Shown here in pieces: positions 1-9,097 of a DNA stretch of 64,000 nt. How positions within the stretch are numbered: position 1 is the stretch's first letter; every line of letters begins with the position of its first letter. Source of the DNA: Alphaproteobacteria bacterium (lineage in GTDB: Bacteria; Pseudomonadota; Alphaproteobacteria; GCA-2731375); contig JASLMH010000002.1 of NCBI GenBank assembly GCA_030746635.1, positions 6,348-70,347 of the forward strand. The letters are read 5' to 3'. The notes beneath the pieces are model-generated. The model did no database searches. It saw nothing but the letters and a program-made list of their open reading frames with translations, and was not told where the DNA came from. Position numbers and translations under genes: made by a program.

Positions 1-1038
1 TTCATAGACCGCCGGCCCCTTGCGGAAGTGGGCCGCCTCTTCCAGGGTCTCGACGAACGGCATATTCGCGGGATACAGCTGCTCGCCGCGCGGCCGCGGT
101 CCGGCCTTCGAGACATGGCCCCACAGCGGATGGCCGACCACTTCCTGGGCGATCGCGGCGGCGTCGATCAGCCTATCGAGGTCATAGCCGGTCTCGATCC
201 CCAGCTCGTGGCACAGGTTGACGAAATCCTCGGTCGGTACGTGACCGGCGGCGCGGCCATTGCCGCAATAGGGGCAGCCGCCCATGCCGCCGAGCGAGGT
301 GTCGAATTCCCCGACGCCCAACTGCAGCGCTTCATAGTAACTGGCCAGGGTCACGCCGCGGCTGTCGTGCAGGTGCATGTGGAAGTCGGTGATTTCCGGC
401 CAACGTTCGCGGATGGCCAAAATCGTCTCGCGCACTTCGTGCGGCATGTTCCAGCCCATGGCGTCGAGGAACGAACAGCGTGTGACCTGGATGCCGGCGT
501 CGTGCCACTTCGCCATCATCAACTCGAGCAGCGCCATTCGCTGGTCCAGGGAGAACGGGCCCTGGAAGTTCGAGCCGAAGGGATTGCCCAGGCCGACCGC
601 GCCGGACTGGGCGTCGGCTTCCTTGGCGGCGGCGACCGCCGCGTCCAGGCCGGCGATCTGCTCGGCCTGGGTGCGGTTGTAGTTGCGGCGCGCGAAGGTA
701 TCGCAAAGCTCGACATTGGTGCGGTGGCGTTTGTCGCGCACGTCGATCTTCGGATAATACCTGTCCGCCCGTTCGAATCCCTTGCGATTGAACACCGCCG
801 CCGTGTATTTCACGCCCGGCTTCGGCACGAAGCGTTCGGCGATCTCGTCGATGCAGGCCATCGACGGCGTCCATTTCGGATGCGCGAAGGAACCGATCGA
901 AATGACCCTGGCGCCGGTCTCGCCCAGTGCATCCAGCAGCCGCAGTTTTTCGTCCACCGGAATGTCGGCGCTCTCGATCTGCAGGCCCTCGCGCATGGTG
1001 TCGTCCGTGATCACCACCGACTTCGGCAACAGGCTCAT
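1..1038 (-). CDS. HMG-CoA lyase-like (DRE-TIM metallolyase family) protein, C-terminus beyond window edge
   Basis: Minus-strand ATG (rc of cat 1036-1038) preceded by GAGGAG SD. Translation MSLLPKSVVITDDTMREGLQ... contains the HMHLHDSRGV...GGMGGCPY motif of HMGL-like lyases. The frame is open to position 1, so it is absent from the ORF track. Confidence 0.6.
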   Translation of the reverse strand, partial: MSLLPKSVVITDDTMREGLQIESADIPVDEKLRLLDALGETGARVISIGSFAHPKWTPSMACIDEIAERFVPKPGVKYTAAVFNRKGFERADRYYPKIDVRDKRHRTNVELCDTFARRNYNRTQAEQIAGLDAAVAAAKEADAQSGAVGLGNPFGSNFQGPFSLDQRMALLELMMAKWHDAGIQVTRCSFLDAMGWNMPHEVRETILAIRERWPEITDFHMHLHDSRGVTLASYYEALQLGVGEFDTSLGGMGGCPYCGNGRAAGHVPTEDFVNLCHELGIETGYDLDRLIDAAAIAQEVVGHPLWGHVSKAGPRPRGEQLYPANMPFVETLEEAAHFRKGPAVYE

Positions 1039-1170
1039 GGTGGGTTCTCCTCGTGGTTTAGGCCTCCCTTTTACTAAGTGTGGCCCGGTCGAGTCGAACG
1101 CCGGTTGACGGCAAAGCAAGACGTCGGCCCCGAGTTGCCACGGGGACCGTTTGAAATTACCCGGATTTTC

Positions 1171-2487
1171 TTAGATTTGTGCCAGCTTCCGGGGCCGCGC
1201 GAAGCCGAGCCCCAGCAGGCCAAGGCTGAACAGCATGATGGCGCCGGGTTCGGGGACATTTATCTCGTCCGGGATGATCTCGGACTGCCATTTGAAAGCA
1301 CAGCGGCCGAAGCGAACGTCGTTGAGGACGATCTTGTCCGCGATGAGCTGCGTACAGCCCTGGGCGTTGTCGATGGCGATGGTGCCGCCCAGCCGGTCCA
1401 GGCTCCAGAACGCCACGCCGTTCAGAATGGTGTTCTGGAAGCTATCGATGGTCTGCGAGATGACGCTGGTCGCGAACAGGACATTGTTCAATCCGATGCC
1501 GCCGGTGCCGGTCAGGATATTGCCATTGCTGATCAGGAAGTTCGCGTTGTCGGCTACCCGAAACACCGCGAAGCCATCGGCGGGGCCGTCGATGACGAGG
1601 TTGGCGTTGGTTAGCTTGAAGTCCTTGTCGCTACCGCCGACCAGGGTGACGACATCGATGACGTTGAGGCCCGGATCGAGGTGGATCGTCAGGGTTTGCT
1701 CGGCCACGTTGGCCGTGGTGAAGGAATTGTCCGAGGCGATCTGGTTGAGCACGCCGGCATCGTCGCCCTTGATCTCGCCCTGAACAGAGCCATCGGTCAG
1801 ATCCAGGATGTCGGTCGCCGCCAGCGCGGGAATGACATTCGCCGCCGAGGCGGGATCGTCGAACAGGTCGTTCATCAGTGCGGTGAAATCCACGTTGCCG
1901 GTGACACCGGCGTAATTGGGATCATCGATGCGGGTGGTTTGATCGGCGTCGTTCGGGTTCACCTGCTGGCCATTGCTGCCGTCCCAGGTGTTCGGAAACA
2001 GGTTGGGATCATTGAAGAACGAGTTCTGGGTGCCGACGTCGCAATCGCTGGCGCTTTGCGTGCAGTGGATGCCCAGGTCGCCATAGACGCCGACGTCCTG
2101 AAGATTGAACACGCCATCGGCGCTGGTGATGGCGATGTTGCCGCCGCCGATCACGCCGCTCGCCACGGGGGCGGCGTTGCTGGGCAGGTCGGGGACGTTG
2201 CCGTCCAGGTCCGGGCCGCCGCCATTGCCGCCGTCCAGGAAGTCCGACGTTGCGGGCACGGGTGCCTTGTTGGCGCCGATCTCGAAATTGTTGACGTTGA
2301 CGGCCTGGCCAACGCCCGGGGCATCGCCCAGATCGTTCACCGGGCCCAGGCCGATCAGGAGATAGTCGTCGGTCTCGCCGGTCGGCACGGCAAGGGGGGT
2401 GGCATGGGCTTGCAGGGAGAAGGAAAGGAAGGTCCCAACCAGTAGCGCTACCCTAACGCCAACACCCGAACATGCTGTCTTCGACAT
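1171..2487 (-). CDS. secreted protein with PEP-CTERM exosortase sorting domain
   Basis: 438 aa ORF with an N-terminal signal peptide (MSKTACSGVGVRVALLVGTFLSFSLQAHA). C-terminal VPEPGAIMLFSLGLLGLGFARPRKL matches PEP-CTERM (VPEP, hydrophobic helix, basic tail). Asn/Gly-rich beta-helix-like body. Confidence 0.7.
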   Translation of the reverse strand: MSKTACSGVGVRVALLVGTFLSFSLQAHATPLAVPTGETDDYLLIGLGPVNDLGDAPGVGQAVNVNNFEIGANKAPVPATSDFLDGGNGGGPDLDGNVPDLPSNAAPVASGVIGGGNIAITSADGVFNLQDVGVYGDLGIHCTQSASDCDVGTQNSFFNDPNLFPNTWDGSNGQQVNPNDADQTTRIDDPNYAGVTGNVDFTALMNDLFDDPASAANVIPALAATDILDLTDGSVQGEIKGDDAGVLNQIASDNSFTTANVAEQTLTIHLDPGLNVIDVVTLVGGSDKDFKLTNANLVIDGPADGFAVFRVADNANFLISNGNILTGTGGIGLNNVLFATSVISQTIDSFQNTILNGVAFWSLDRLGGTIAIDNAQGCTQLIADKIVLNDVRFGRCAFKWQSEIIPDEINVPEPGAIMLFSLGLLGLGFARPRKLAQI

Positions 2488-2571
2488 GACCCTGTACTCT
2501 TCTTCCGCCGGATTCTGGCGATTTGCGCCGACCCGTGCCGATTTTCTTGCCCCCTGTTCACCTATCTGTGA

Positions 2572-2587
2572 TGCAAATGCCGTGCCA
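2572..2587 (-). promoter_or_regulatory. sigma-54 (-24/-12) promoter upstream of PEP-CTERM gene
   Basis: Minus-strand reading TGGCACGGCATTTGCA fits the consensus TGGCACG-N4-TTGCA. It lies about 85-100 nt upstream of the ATG at 2487. Confidence 0.55.
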
Positions 2588-2839
2588 ACTTTTCATGCAT
2601 ATTTGAATCAATGACTTAGGGGAGGTCTGACACATGCCCCAACAGTACATGTAAAGTTTTCCGACACTATTGGCGTGCCGGACAGGACTGGCCGGTCGAA
2701 AGCAACCAGCACACACCGAACGCACGTTCGGGACAAGGCCGGCGACGGGGTCGCGCCGCTGTACTATGGTTGGCCTCGACTTTGGTACCAGCGGTCTGGC
2801 CCTATCGCGCGCGGATCTGTAGCTACCGGGAGGTCCACG

Positions 2840-5167
2840 ATGACCAGCGCCGTTCTCGGCCAGTCCATTCCCCGCCTTGAAGACCGCCGGTTCCTGACCG
2901 GTGCCGCCACCTTCACCGACGACATCGATGTCGAGGGTCAACTGTACGGCGCCGTGCTGCGTTCGCCCCATGCCCACGCCATCATCCGCGCCATCGACAC
3001 GGAGGCCGCGGCGGCCGCGCCGGGGGTGGTGGGGGTGCATGTCGAGGCCGATCTGCGGGCCGACGGCCTGGGTGCGTTCCCGTGCGTTGCCGCCGCCGTG
3101 GTCGCCACGGTCGATCCGATCATCGTGCCGCCACGTTATGCCCTGGCCCGAGACCGGGTGCGGCACGTCGGCGATCCGGTGGCCTTCGTGGCGGCGGAAA
3201 GCCTGGCGGCGGCCCTGGACGCGGTCGAGCTGATCGAGGTCGACTACCAGGCCCTGCCGGCGGTGGCCGACCAGCGCGCGGCCCTGGCCCCGGGCGCGCC
3301 CGAGCTTTGGGCGGAGGCGGCGAACAACCTCTCCTACCGGTTCCGGAAGGGTGATCGGGCGGCGGTCGAGCGGGCCATGGCCGAAGCGGCGCATGTGGTC
3401 GAGCTCGACATCACCAACAACCGGGTCTCGGCGGCGCCGATCGAGCCGCGCGTGGCCATCGGCGCCCACGATCCCGCGACCGATGTCCTGACCCTGACCG
3501 TGGCGGGCCAGGGTGTGCACGGCATCCGCAATCAATTGGCCGGTGCCATATTCAACCTGCCCAACGAAAAGATCCGGGTCTTGGCGCCCGACGTCGGCGG
3601 CGGCTTCGGCCTGAAGAATTTCGTCTACCCGGAGCTGGTGCTGGTGCTGTGGGCGGCCCGGCGCCATGGCCGGCCGGTGAAATGGCGGGCCGATCGCAAC
3701 GAGGATTTCCTCAGTTCCACCCATGGCCGCGACATCCGGACCATGGCCCGGCTGGCGCTGGACCCGGACGGCAATTTTCTTGCTCTCGATGCCGACCTGG
3801 TCGCCAACATGGGCGCCTATCTGTCGGCTTTCGGTCCCGGCTGCTCGACCAATTCGGCCTCCACCGCCATGGGCGGGGTTTACGCCATCCCGGATGTCTT
3901 CATGGAGGTGCGCGGCGCTTTCACCAACACGGTGCCGGTCGATGCCTATCGCGGCGCCGGCAAGCCCGAGGCCAACTACATCATCGAGCGGCTGATCGAC
4001 GCCGCCGCCCGGCGCCTGGGCTTCGATCCGGTGGCCCTGCGCCTGCGCAACGTCATCGACGCCTACCCCTATCGCAGCGCCCTGGATCAGGAGATCGATT
4101 CCGGCGGCTTCAAGGAGAATATCGAGGCCGCCGTGCGGCTGGCGGACCGTGACGGTTTCGAGGGGCGGCGGGTCGCGGCGGCCGCACGGGGGCGCCTGCG
4201 CGGCCTGGGCGTCGCCTGTTTTCTCGAAACCGCGCGGGGCGCGCCGGAGGAGGGGGCGGAAATCCGCTTCCGCGCCGACGGCAAGGTGGAGCTGCTGCTG
4301 GGCACCGAGGCCAACGGCCAGGGGCACGAGACCACCTTCCCACAGATCGCCTCGGCCATGCTTGGCCTGCCGATCGAGAGCTTCCATTACATTCAGGCGG
4401 ATACCGGGCGGACCCGCTCCGGCCACGGGCATGGCGGCGCCCGCTCCATGCACATGGGCGGCAGCGCCCTGGTGCTGGCCATGGAGGGGGCGTTGGACAA
4501 GGGCCGAGAGGTGGCGGCGCAATTGCTGCAGGCCGAGGCGGCCGAGCTGGAGTTCGCCGAGGGCCGCTTCAGCGTCCGGGGCAGCGAGCGCGGCGTCTCC
4601 CTGCTGGAGGTGGCGGCGGCGGCGCGCGATCCGAAGACCGCGCCGGACGACGGCGGCAACGGCCTGGATACCTATGCCCGGCGCGAAGGCGCGCCCTTCA
4701 CCTTCCCCAGCGGCTGCCACGTGGCGGAAGTGGAAATCGACCCCGAGACCGGCGGCGTGACCCTGCTGCGCTATCTGATGGTCGACGACTACGGCCGCTT
4801 GCTCAATCCGCGCCTGACCGAGGGCCAGGTGCATGGCGGCGTCACCCAGGGCATCGGCCAGGCCATGGCGGAGACCATCGCCTACGATCCCGAATCCGTC
4901 CAGCAACTGACCGCCACCTTCCTGGACTATGGTGTGCCGAGAGCGACGCAACTGCCAGCCTACGAGACCCACTTCGAGCAGCGCCCGACCGCGGTCAATC
5001 CCCTGGGCGTCAAGGGTTCGGGCCAGGCCGGCTGCATGTCCGCGCCGCAGACCATCGTCAACGCCATCCTCGACGCCCTGGCGCCCCTTGGCATCGACGA
5101 TATCGACATGCCGGCCACGCCCGACCGCATCTGGCGGGCCATCCAGGCGCCGAAGGGGCGGCGGTGA
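2840..5167 (+). CDS. xanthine dehydrogenase family molybdopterin-binding (large) subunit, CoxL/aldehyde oxidase-like
   Basis: ATG at 2840 with GGGAGG SD 6 nt upstream. 775 aa. N-terminal PRLEDRRFLTG and the overall XDH/CoxL large-subunit family pattern recalled from memory. The upstream part of ORF 2675..5167 is leader read-through. Confidence 0.8.
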   Translation: MTSAVLGQSIPRLEDRRFLTGAATFTDDIDVEGQLYGAVLRSPHAHAIIRAIDTEAAAAAPGVVGVHVEADLRADGLGAFPCVAAAVVATVDPIIVPPRYALARDRVRHVGDPVAFVAAESLAAALDAVELIEVDYQALPAVADQRAALAPGAPELWAEAANNLSYRFRKGDRAAVERAMAEAAHVVELDITNNRVSAAPIEPRVAIGAHDPATDVLTLTVAGQGVHGIRNQLAGAIFNLPNEKIRVLAPDVGGGFGLKNFVYPELVLVLWAARRHGRPVKWRADRNEDFLSSTHGRDIRTMARLALDPDGNFLALDADLVANMGAYLSAFGPGCSTNSASTAMGGVYAIPDVFMEVRGAFTNTVPVDAYRGAGKPEANYIIERLIDAAARRLGFDPVALRLRNVIDAYPYRSALDQEIDSGGFKENIEAAVRLADRDGFEGRRVAAAARGRLRGLGVACFLETARGAPEEGAEIRFRADGKVELLLGTEANGQGHETTFPQIASAMLGLPIESFHYIQADTGRTRSGHGHGGARSMHMGGSALVLAMEGALDKGREVAAQLLQAEAAELEFAEGRFSVRGSERGVSLLEVAAAARDPKTAPDDGGNGLDTYARREGAPFTFPSGCHVAEVEIDPETGGVTLLRYLMVDDYGRLLNPRLTEGQVHGGVTQGIGQAMAETIAYDPESVQQLTATFLDYGVPRATQLPAYETHFEQRPTAVNPLGVKGSGQAGCMSAPQTIVNAILDALAPLGIDDIDMPATPDRIWRAIQAPKGRR

Positions 5168-5261
5168 ATCCAGATGCCCGGGTCAGGCCAGGGCATGACA
5201 TAACTTATTGATATTAATATAAAAATCGTCATTGCCGGGCTCGACCCGTCAATCTCGACGG
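5143..5261. repeat. palindromic MITE/REP-like repeat element, copy 1 (two hairpins flanking an AT-rich core)
   Basis: About 120 bp near-identical to 8035-8154. Contains hairpin TGCCCGGGTCAGGCCAGGGCA, the AT-rich core CTTATTGATATTAATA and hairpin ATTGCCGGGCTCGACCCGTCAAT. Its 5' part encodes the last 8 codons and TGA of the XDH-family gene. Confidence 0.75.
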
Positions 5262-5348
5262 TGCTTGACGCTACCGAATGACCCTAAGCGGGCATGGGGC
5301 ATTAGCCGAGACCGTGGCCGTGAATTTGTGTGTAACATCGTTCATCGT

Positions 5349-6935
5349 TCATCGTTCCGGCACACCTGCCGCCCTGAGGTTGTTCAAATATCTCTCCAGA
5401 TATGGCGGGTGAAAGCTGCGCAGCATCGAGGTGATTTTGCATACCGATACATCGGGCAGCAGTTCCCTAGCCCCATCGAGTGCACGGCGGGCTTCCTTGG
5501 TCCTGCCCAGGGCACTGTAGGAGGCGACGAGCAGCAAATGGGACCAGAAGTTGGCGTTCGGCTGCCGGATCGATTTCATTGCGTCGATAACGGCCTGTTC
5601 ATGATTGCCCAACAGCCCATTTGCGCTGCCCCGGAACAGGTAGAACGAAAATAGTGCCGGATCGTGTGGGCTGAGGCGAATGGCGTGATCCGCCAACGGA
5701 AGTGCCAATGCCGCATTGCCGAACCAAATGTGCGTAACCGCAAGGCCATGATATGCGAGGGCAAAATTCGGGTTCAGGTCAATGGCTGTCTCCATCGCCG
5801 AGATGGCTCGTTCGCGGTCGCCTAAGTCGATGCAAACCTGCCCAAGCGCATAATGATTGAAGCTGTCGCGGTCATCCAAGACGATCGCCCGTTTGGCGTC
5901 GCGCACGCCTTGCTCGAGAACCGGCGCGGCATCCGCCACATAGCCAAGGGCGGACTCCGCGTGGGCGATGATGGCAAGTGTGCCGAACGGGCGGGAAAAT
6001 TCAGGCGCCCGTTTGCTTGCCTGTTCGAAAAGCCGGCGCGCTTCCGATAAATCATTCTTGGAAAACCTGTAGAAGTGCCACATGCCGCGCTGATAAAGAT
6101 CCCAGGCGTTCATGTCGGTCTTTTTCGTGTGGGCGATCCGCCGTTCGCTGCCGGCAAGTTCGGCGTCGACGTTGGCGCTGATGGCTTCGGCTAGCTCATC
6201 CTGCAGATCGAAGATGTCGACCAGTTCCCGGTCATATCGTTCTGCCCAGATGTGGTTGCCGGTTTCCGCCTCGATCAACTGCACGGAGACCCGAACCCGG
6301 CTCCCGTCCTTGCGGACGCTGCCTTCCAGCACATAGCGCACCCCCATCTCCCGCCCGACCTGCTTCACGTCAACAGCTTTGCCTTTGTAGGTGAATGTGG
6401 AGTTGCGCGCGATCACCAACAGCCAGCGCAGACGGGACAGGGCCGTGATAACGTCCTCCGTGATCCCGTCGGAGAAGTATTCCTGTTCCGGATCGCCTGA
6501 CATGTTCTCGAGCGGTAGCACGGCGATGGAAGGCTTGCCAGCAGGCGGGGGGTCCGTCAGGCCGGTCACGATGGCGGCGGAGGCCGCTGTCGTTGCGCCG
6601 TGGCCGGCGGCCTCCCGACCGTCGTCGCGCACCTCGACATTGGCGACAAAGCGAAAGCCCCGGCGCGGTAACGTGCGGATATAGTCCTGCCGCCTGCCGT
6701 TGTCGCCGATGGCCAAGCGGGCGTTCTTGATGCAGGTGCTCAAGGCCCAGTCGGAGACATGGCGGCCGGCCCAGATTTGTTGGTTGAATTCCTCCCGGCC
6801 GATCAAGCGATCCCGATGTTCGACCAGATAAAACAGCAGGTCCAGCACCTTCGGTTCAACGGCAACGGCCCGCCCTTGTTTTTGCAGTTCATGGCGATCA
6901 GGGTCCAGTTCGCAGTCCCCGAAAAGATAGGTCAT
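5349..6935 (-). CDS. winged-helix (OmpR/CadC-type trans_reg_C) DNA-binding domain plus TPR-repeat transcriptional regulator
   Basis: Start at M30 of the track ORF (MTYLFGDCELDPDRH...) with GGTGGGGA SD. N-terminal wHTH, central region and C-terminal TPR-like repeats. GC content is visibly lower than the flanks. Confidence 0.7.
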   Translation of the reverse strand: MTYLFGDCELDPDRHELQKQGRAVAVEPKVLDLLFYLVEHRDRLIGREEFNQQIWAGRHVSDWALSTCIKNARLAIGDNGRRQDYIRTLPRRGFRFVANVEVRDDGREAAGHGATTAASAAIVTGLTDPPPAGKPSIAVLPLENMSGDPEQEYFSDGITEDVITALSRLRWLLVIARNSTFTYKGKAVDVKQVGREMGVRYVLEGSVRKDGSRVRVSVQLIEAETGNHIWAERYDRELVDIFDLQDELAEAISANVDAELAGSERRIAHTKKTDMNAWDLYQRGMWHFYRFSKNDLSEARRLFEQASKRAPEFSRPFGTLAIIAHAESALGYVADAAPVLEQGVRDAKRAIVLDDRDSFNHYALGQVCIDLGDRERAISAMETAIDLNPNFALAYHGLAVTHIWFGNAALALPLADHAIRLSPHDPALFSFYLFRGSANGLLGNHEQAVIDAMKSIRQPNANFWSHLLLVASYSALGRTKEARRALDGARELLPDVSVCKITSMLRSFHPPYLERYLNNLRAAGVPER

Positions 6936-7251
6936 TGCGTCCCCACCTATGCACCATGCGCCGTTTAGGCCGCGCGCAAACACCACATGGCGAGACCCGA
7001 AACGCGGGCACCTGTGCGCCATTATAGGGTTGAATGAACCGCCCTTGAAGTTTCACTGATCGCAAGTTTCCTCAAAGCATCCTCAAGAAACCGTCAAGCC
7101 ATAAACCCAATATCCCTCAAGCAGTCGGTTTTCGTGGGTCTTATTGTTCGATCTACGGGGAACCGGAAAACGCCTGCCGGCGGAACGCCGACAAGAACGA
7201 CCGGGGGCAAACCGACGCGACGTCGCAGCGTCTTATCGATGGAGGCCTACC

Positions 7252-7914
7252 ATGAATGAATTCGCCAAAACGCCTAGGCTAACTGGGCTCGGTCTTCGAT
7301 CATTTCAAAGCGGAATTCTCGTCACCACGTTCATGCTCGTTACCGTGGCCGCGTTCGCCCAAAGCCCCCGCGAAAAGATTGCCGCCCGTGGAGTCGACTA
7401 CACGACCGAAGAGTTCATACACCGCGCGGCGGCCGGCGAATTCGAGACCGTCAAACTGTTCCTGGCTGCGGGTATGGATGTGAATGCAAGAAATTCATAC
7501 GCGACCAAAAGGAGGCGGGGTTTTGGGGGACAAACCGCCCTGCATTCGGCTGCCTCGGGTGGACACGCGAAGATTGTTGCATACCTGCTCGAAAAGGGTG
7601 CTGCCTATGACACGAGGGCCAACCACAATTCATCGCCCCTGTTGGGTGCGGCGCTCGCCGGTCATGCGAAAGTCATCGCGTTACTGGTGGAAAAGGGCGC
7701 GGACATCAACAGGCAGGATACATACAGCCAGACCCCGCTAGTTCTCTCCACAAAGTCGGGGAATATCGATGCCGTGAAAATACTGCTGGCTCATGGCGCG
7801 AAGGTGAACGTAATGGACTTCACCCGTGCCACCGCCCTGGATCACGCCAAGAATCCCGAAATCGTCCGGTTGCTGAAAGACGCGGGTGGAAAGAAAGCCG
7901 GCGAACTGCGTTAA
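7252..7914 (+). CDS. secreted ankyrin-repeat protein
   Basis: ATG 7252 with GGAGG SD 6 nt upstream. Signal peptide MNEFAKTPRLTGLGLRSFQSGILVTTFMLVTVAAFAQ. At least four ankyrin repeats (TALHSAASGGHAKIVAYLLEKGA...). Lower GC than the surroundings. Confidence 0.75.
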   Translation: MNEFAKTPRLTGLGLRSFQSGILVTTFMLVTVAAFAQSPREKIAARGVDYTTEEFIHRAAAGEFETVKLFLAAGMDVNARNSYATKRRRGFGGQTALHSAASGGHAKIVAYLLEKGAAYDTRANHNSSPLLGAALAGHAKVIALLVEKGADINRQDTYSQTPLVLSTKSGNIDAVKILLAHGAKVNVMDFTRATALDHAKNPEIVRLLKDAGGKKAGELR

Positions 7915-8034
7915 GCCTGTAATCGCCCGATGACCGCTGTGGGCTGAAGCCAGGCAGTCCATGACGCGTGCGATGTGTCCGTTTTTTCGGAACCGTGATT
8001 CGGACGACCTTGGCGGCGTCACCGCTGGCAGGCG

Positions 8035-8154
8035 GTCCAGGCGGCGAAGGCACGGGGTTGAATCCAGATGCCCGGGTCAGGTCCGGGCATGACATAACTT
8101 ATTGATATTAATAGTAAACTCGTCATTGCCGGGCTCGACCCGGCAATCTCGACG
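8035..8154. repeat. palindromic MITE/REP-like repeat element, copy 2
   Basis: Direct repeat of 5143-5261. Hairpin TGCCCGGGTCAGGTCCGGGCA, AT-rich core, then a perfect hairpin ATTGCCGGGCTCGACCCGGCAAT. Confidence 0.75.
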
Positions 8155-8250
8155 GCGTGTGGCCTGGCGATACCAGCCTACGCCGTCATCAGCTCCCGCG
8201 CGGCCTGGACGATCGCATCCTTGCCCGGCGGTACAGCCGCTTCCATGGCG

Positions 8251-9012
8251 TTATTCGACCTCCGACATCTCGATGCCGAAGTCGTTGGCCAGGGCGGCGC
8301 CGAAGGCGCGCTCGTCGGCGATCGGTTGTTCCTGCCGACCGGCCGCCGTGGTCTCCACCAGCCTGTCGTCGGTCAGGGTCAGCAGCCGTCCGTCCCGGCG
8401 GCGCGAGCAGACCCTGCTTTGGGTGAAATGGCTGTCGGCCGACGTCTGGTGGTGGTCGCACATGGCGGTGAAATCCGCCAGCCGACGAGGGGTCAGCGAG
8501 AATTGATAGCGATCCCGCCAAGGCCCGCCGGGCGGTCTGGCGGCCATCCGCCAATCGCCGTCCCGCCGGGCGAGGCGATATTCGCTGTCGCCGCGACGCT
8601 GCGGTCCGGCCCCGTCCAGACAAAGCGGCTCGGTAAAGCCATCGCCGAAGCCGACGTCGGCCAGCCAGCGGCCTTCCGTTTCCACCAGCAGGGTGAGGTG
8701 ATCGAATTCCGGTGCGAGGGCGCCGTCCTTGCCGACCACCCGGGCCGACAGCAACGACACGGCGAAGCCCAGTTCCCGCAATAACGCCGCGAACAAGCCG
8801 TTCAACTCGAAGCAGAAGCCGCCGCGTCGGCGGCCGACGATCTTTTCGAACAGCGCCGCCTCGTTCAGGACGATCGGCCGGCCCAGGTGGATATCCAGGT
8901 TCTCGAACGGCACGGTTTCGAGGTGGGCCCGATGCAGCGCCCGCAGGGTTTCCGCATTGACATCCCTGGGGCCGGCGTGGCCGATACGCGCCAGATAGGC
9001 GTCCAGATCCAT
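8251..9012 (-). CDS. arylamine N-acetyltransferase (NAT family)
   Basis: PFENLD motif and catalytic-cysteine motif RRGGFCFELN. N-terminus MDLDAYLARIGH resembles bacterial NATs. An alternative ATG lies 12 nt upstream at 9024. Confidence 0.8.
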   Translation of the reverse strand: MDLDAYLARIGHAGPRDVNAETLRALHRAHLETVPFENLDIHLGRPIVLNEAALFEKIVGRRRGGFCFELNGLFAALLRELGFAVSLLSARVVGKDGALAPEFDHLTLLVETEGRWLADVGFGDGFTEPLCLDGAGPQRRGDSEYRLARRDGDWRMAARPPGGPWRDRYQFSLTPRRLADFTAMCDHHQTSADSHFTQSRVCSRRRDGRLLTLTDDRLVETTAAGRQEQPIADERAFGAALANDFGIEMSEVE

Positions 9013-9097
9013 TGGACCGGGCATCCCTTTGCCGTAGTACTTGCCTGGATCAAGCTAGGGCCATGCCGCTCGGCCCGCAAGGTGGCGCCGGCGGCGG

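Noticed and set aside
28-1077. 349-aa plus-strand ORF at the window start
   Set aside because: The minus strand encodes an HMGL-like lyase with an SD and a family motif. The plus ORF is its shadow.
2558-4972. 804-aa minus-strand ORF opposite the XDH-family gene
   Set aside because: Antisense shadow of a strongly supported gene, with an Arg/Gly/Ala-rich low-complexity translation.
5232-5654. 140-aa ORF (and its twin 8102..8506) beginning inside the repeat elements
   Set aside because: Both share LPGSTRQSRR only because they read through the same repeat. There is no SD, and they overlap real genes downstream.
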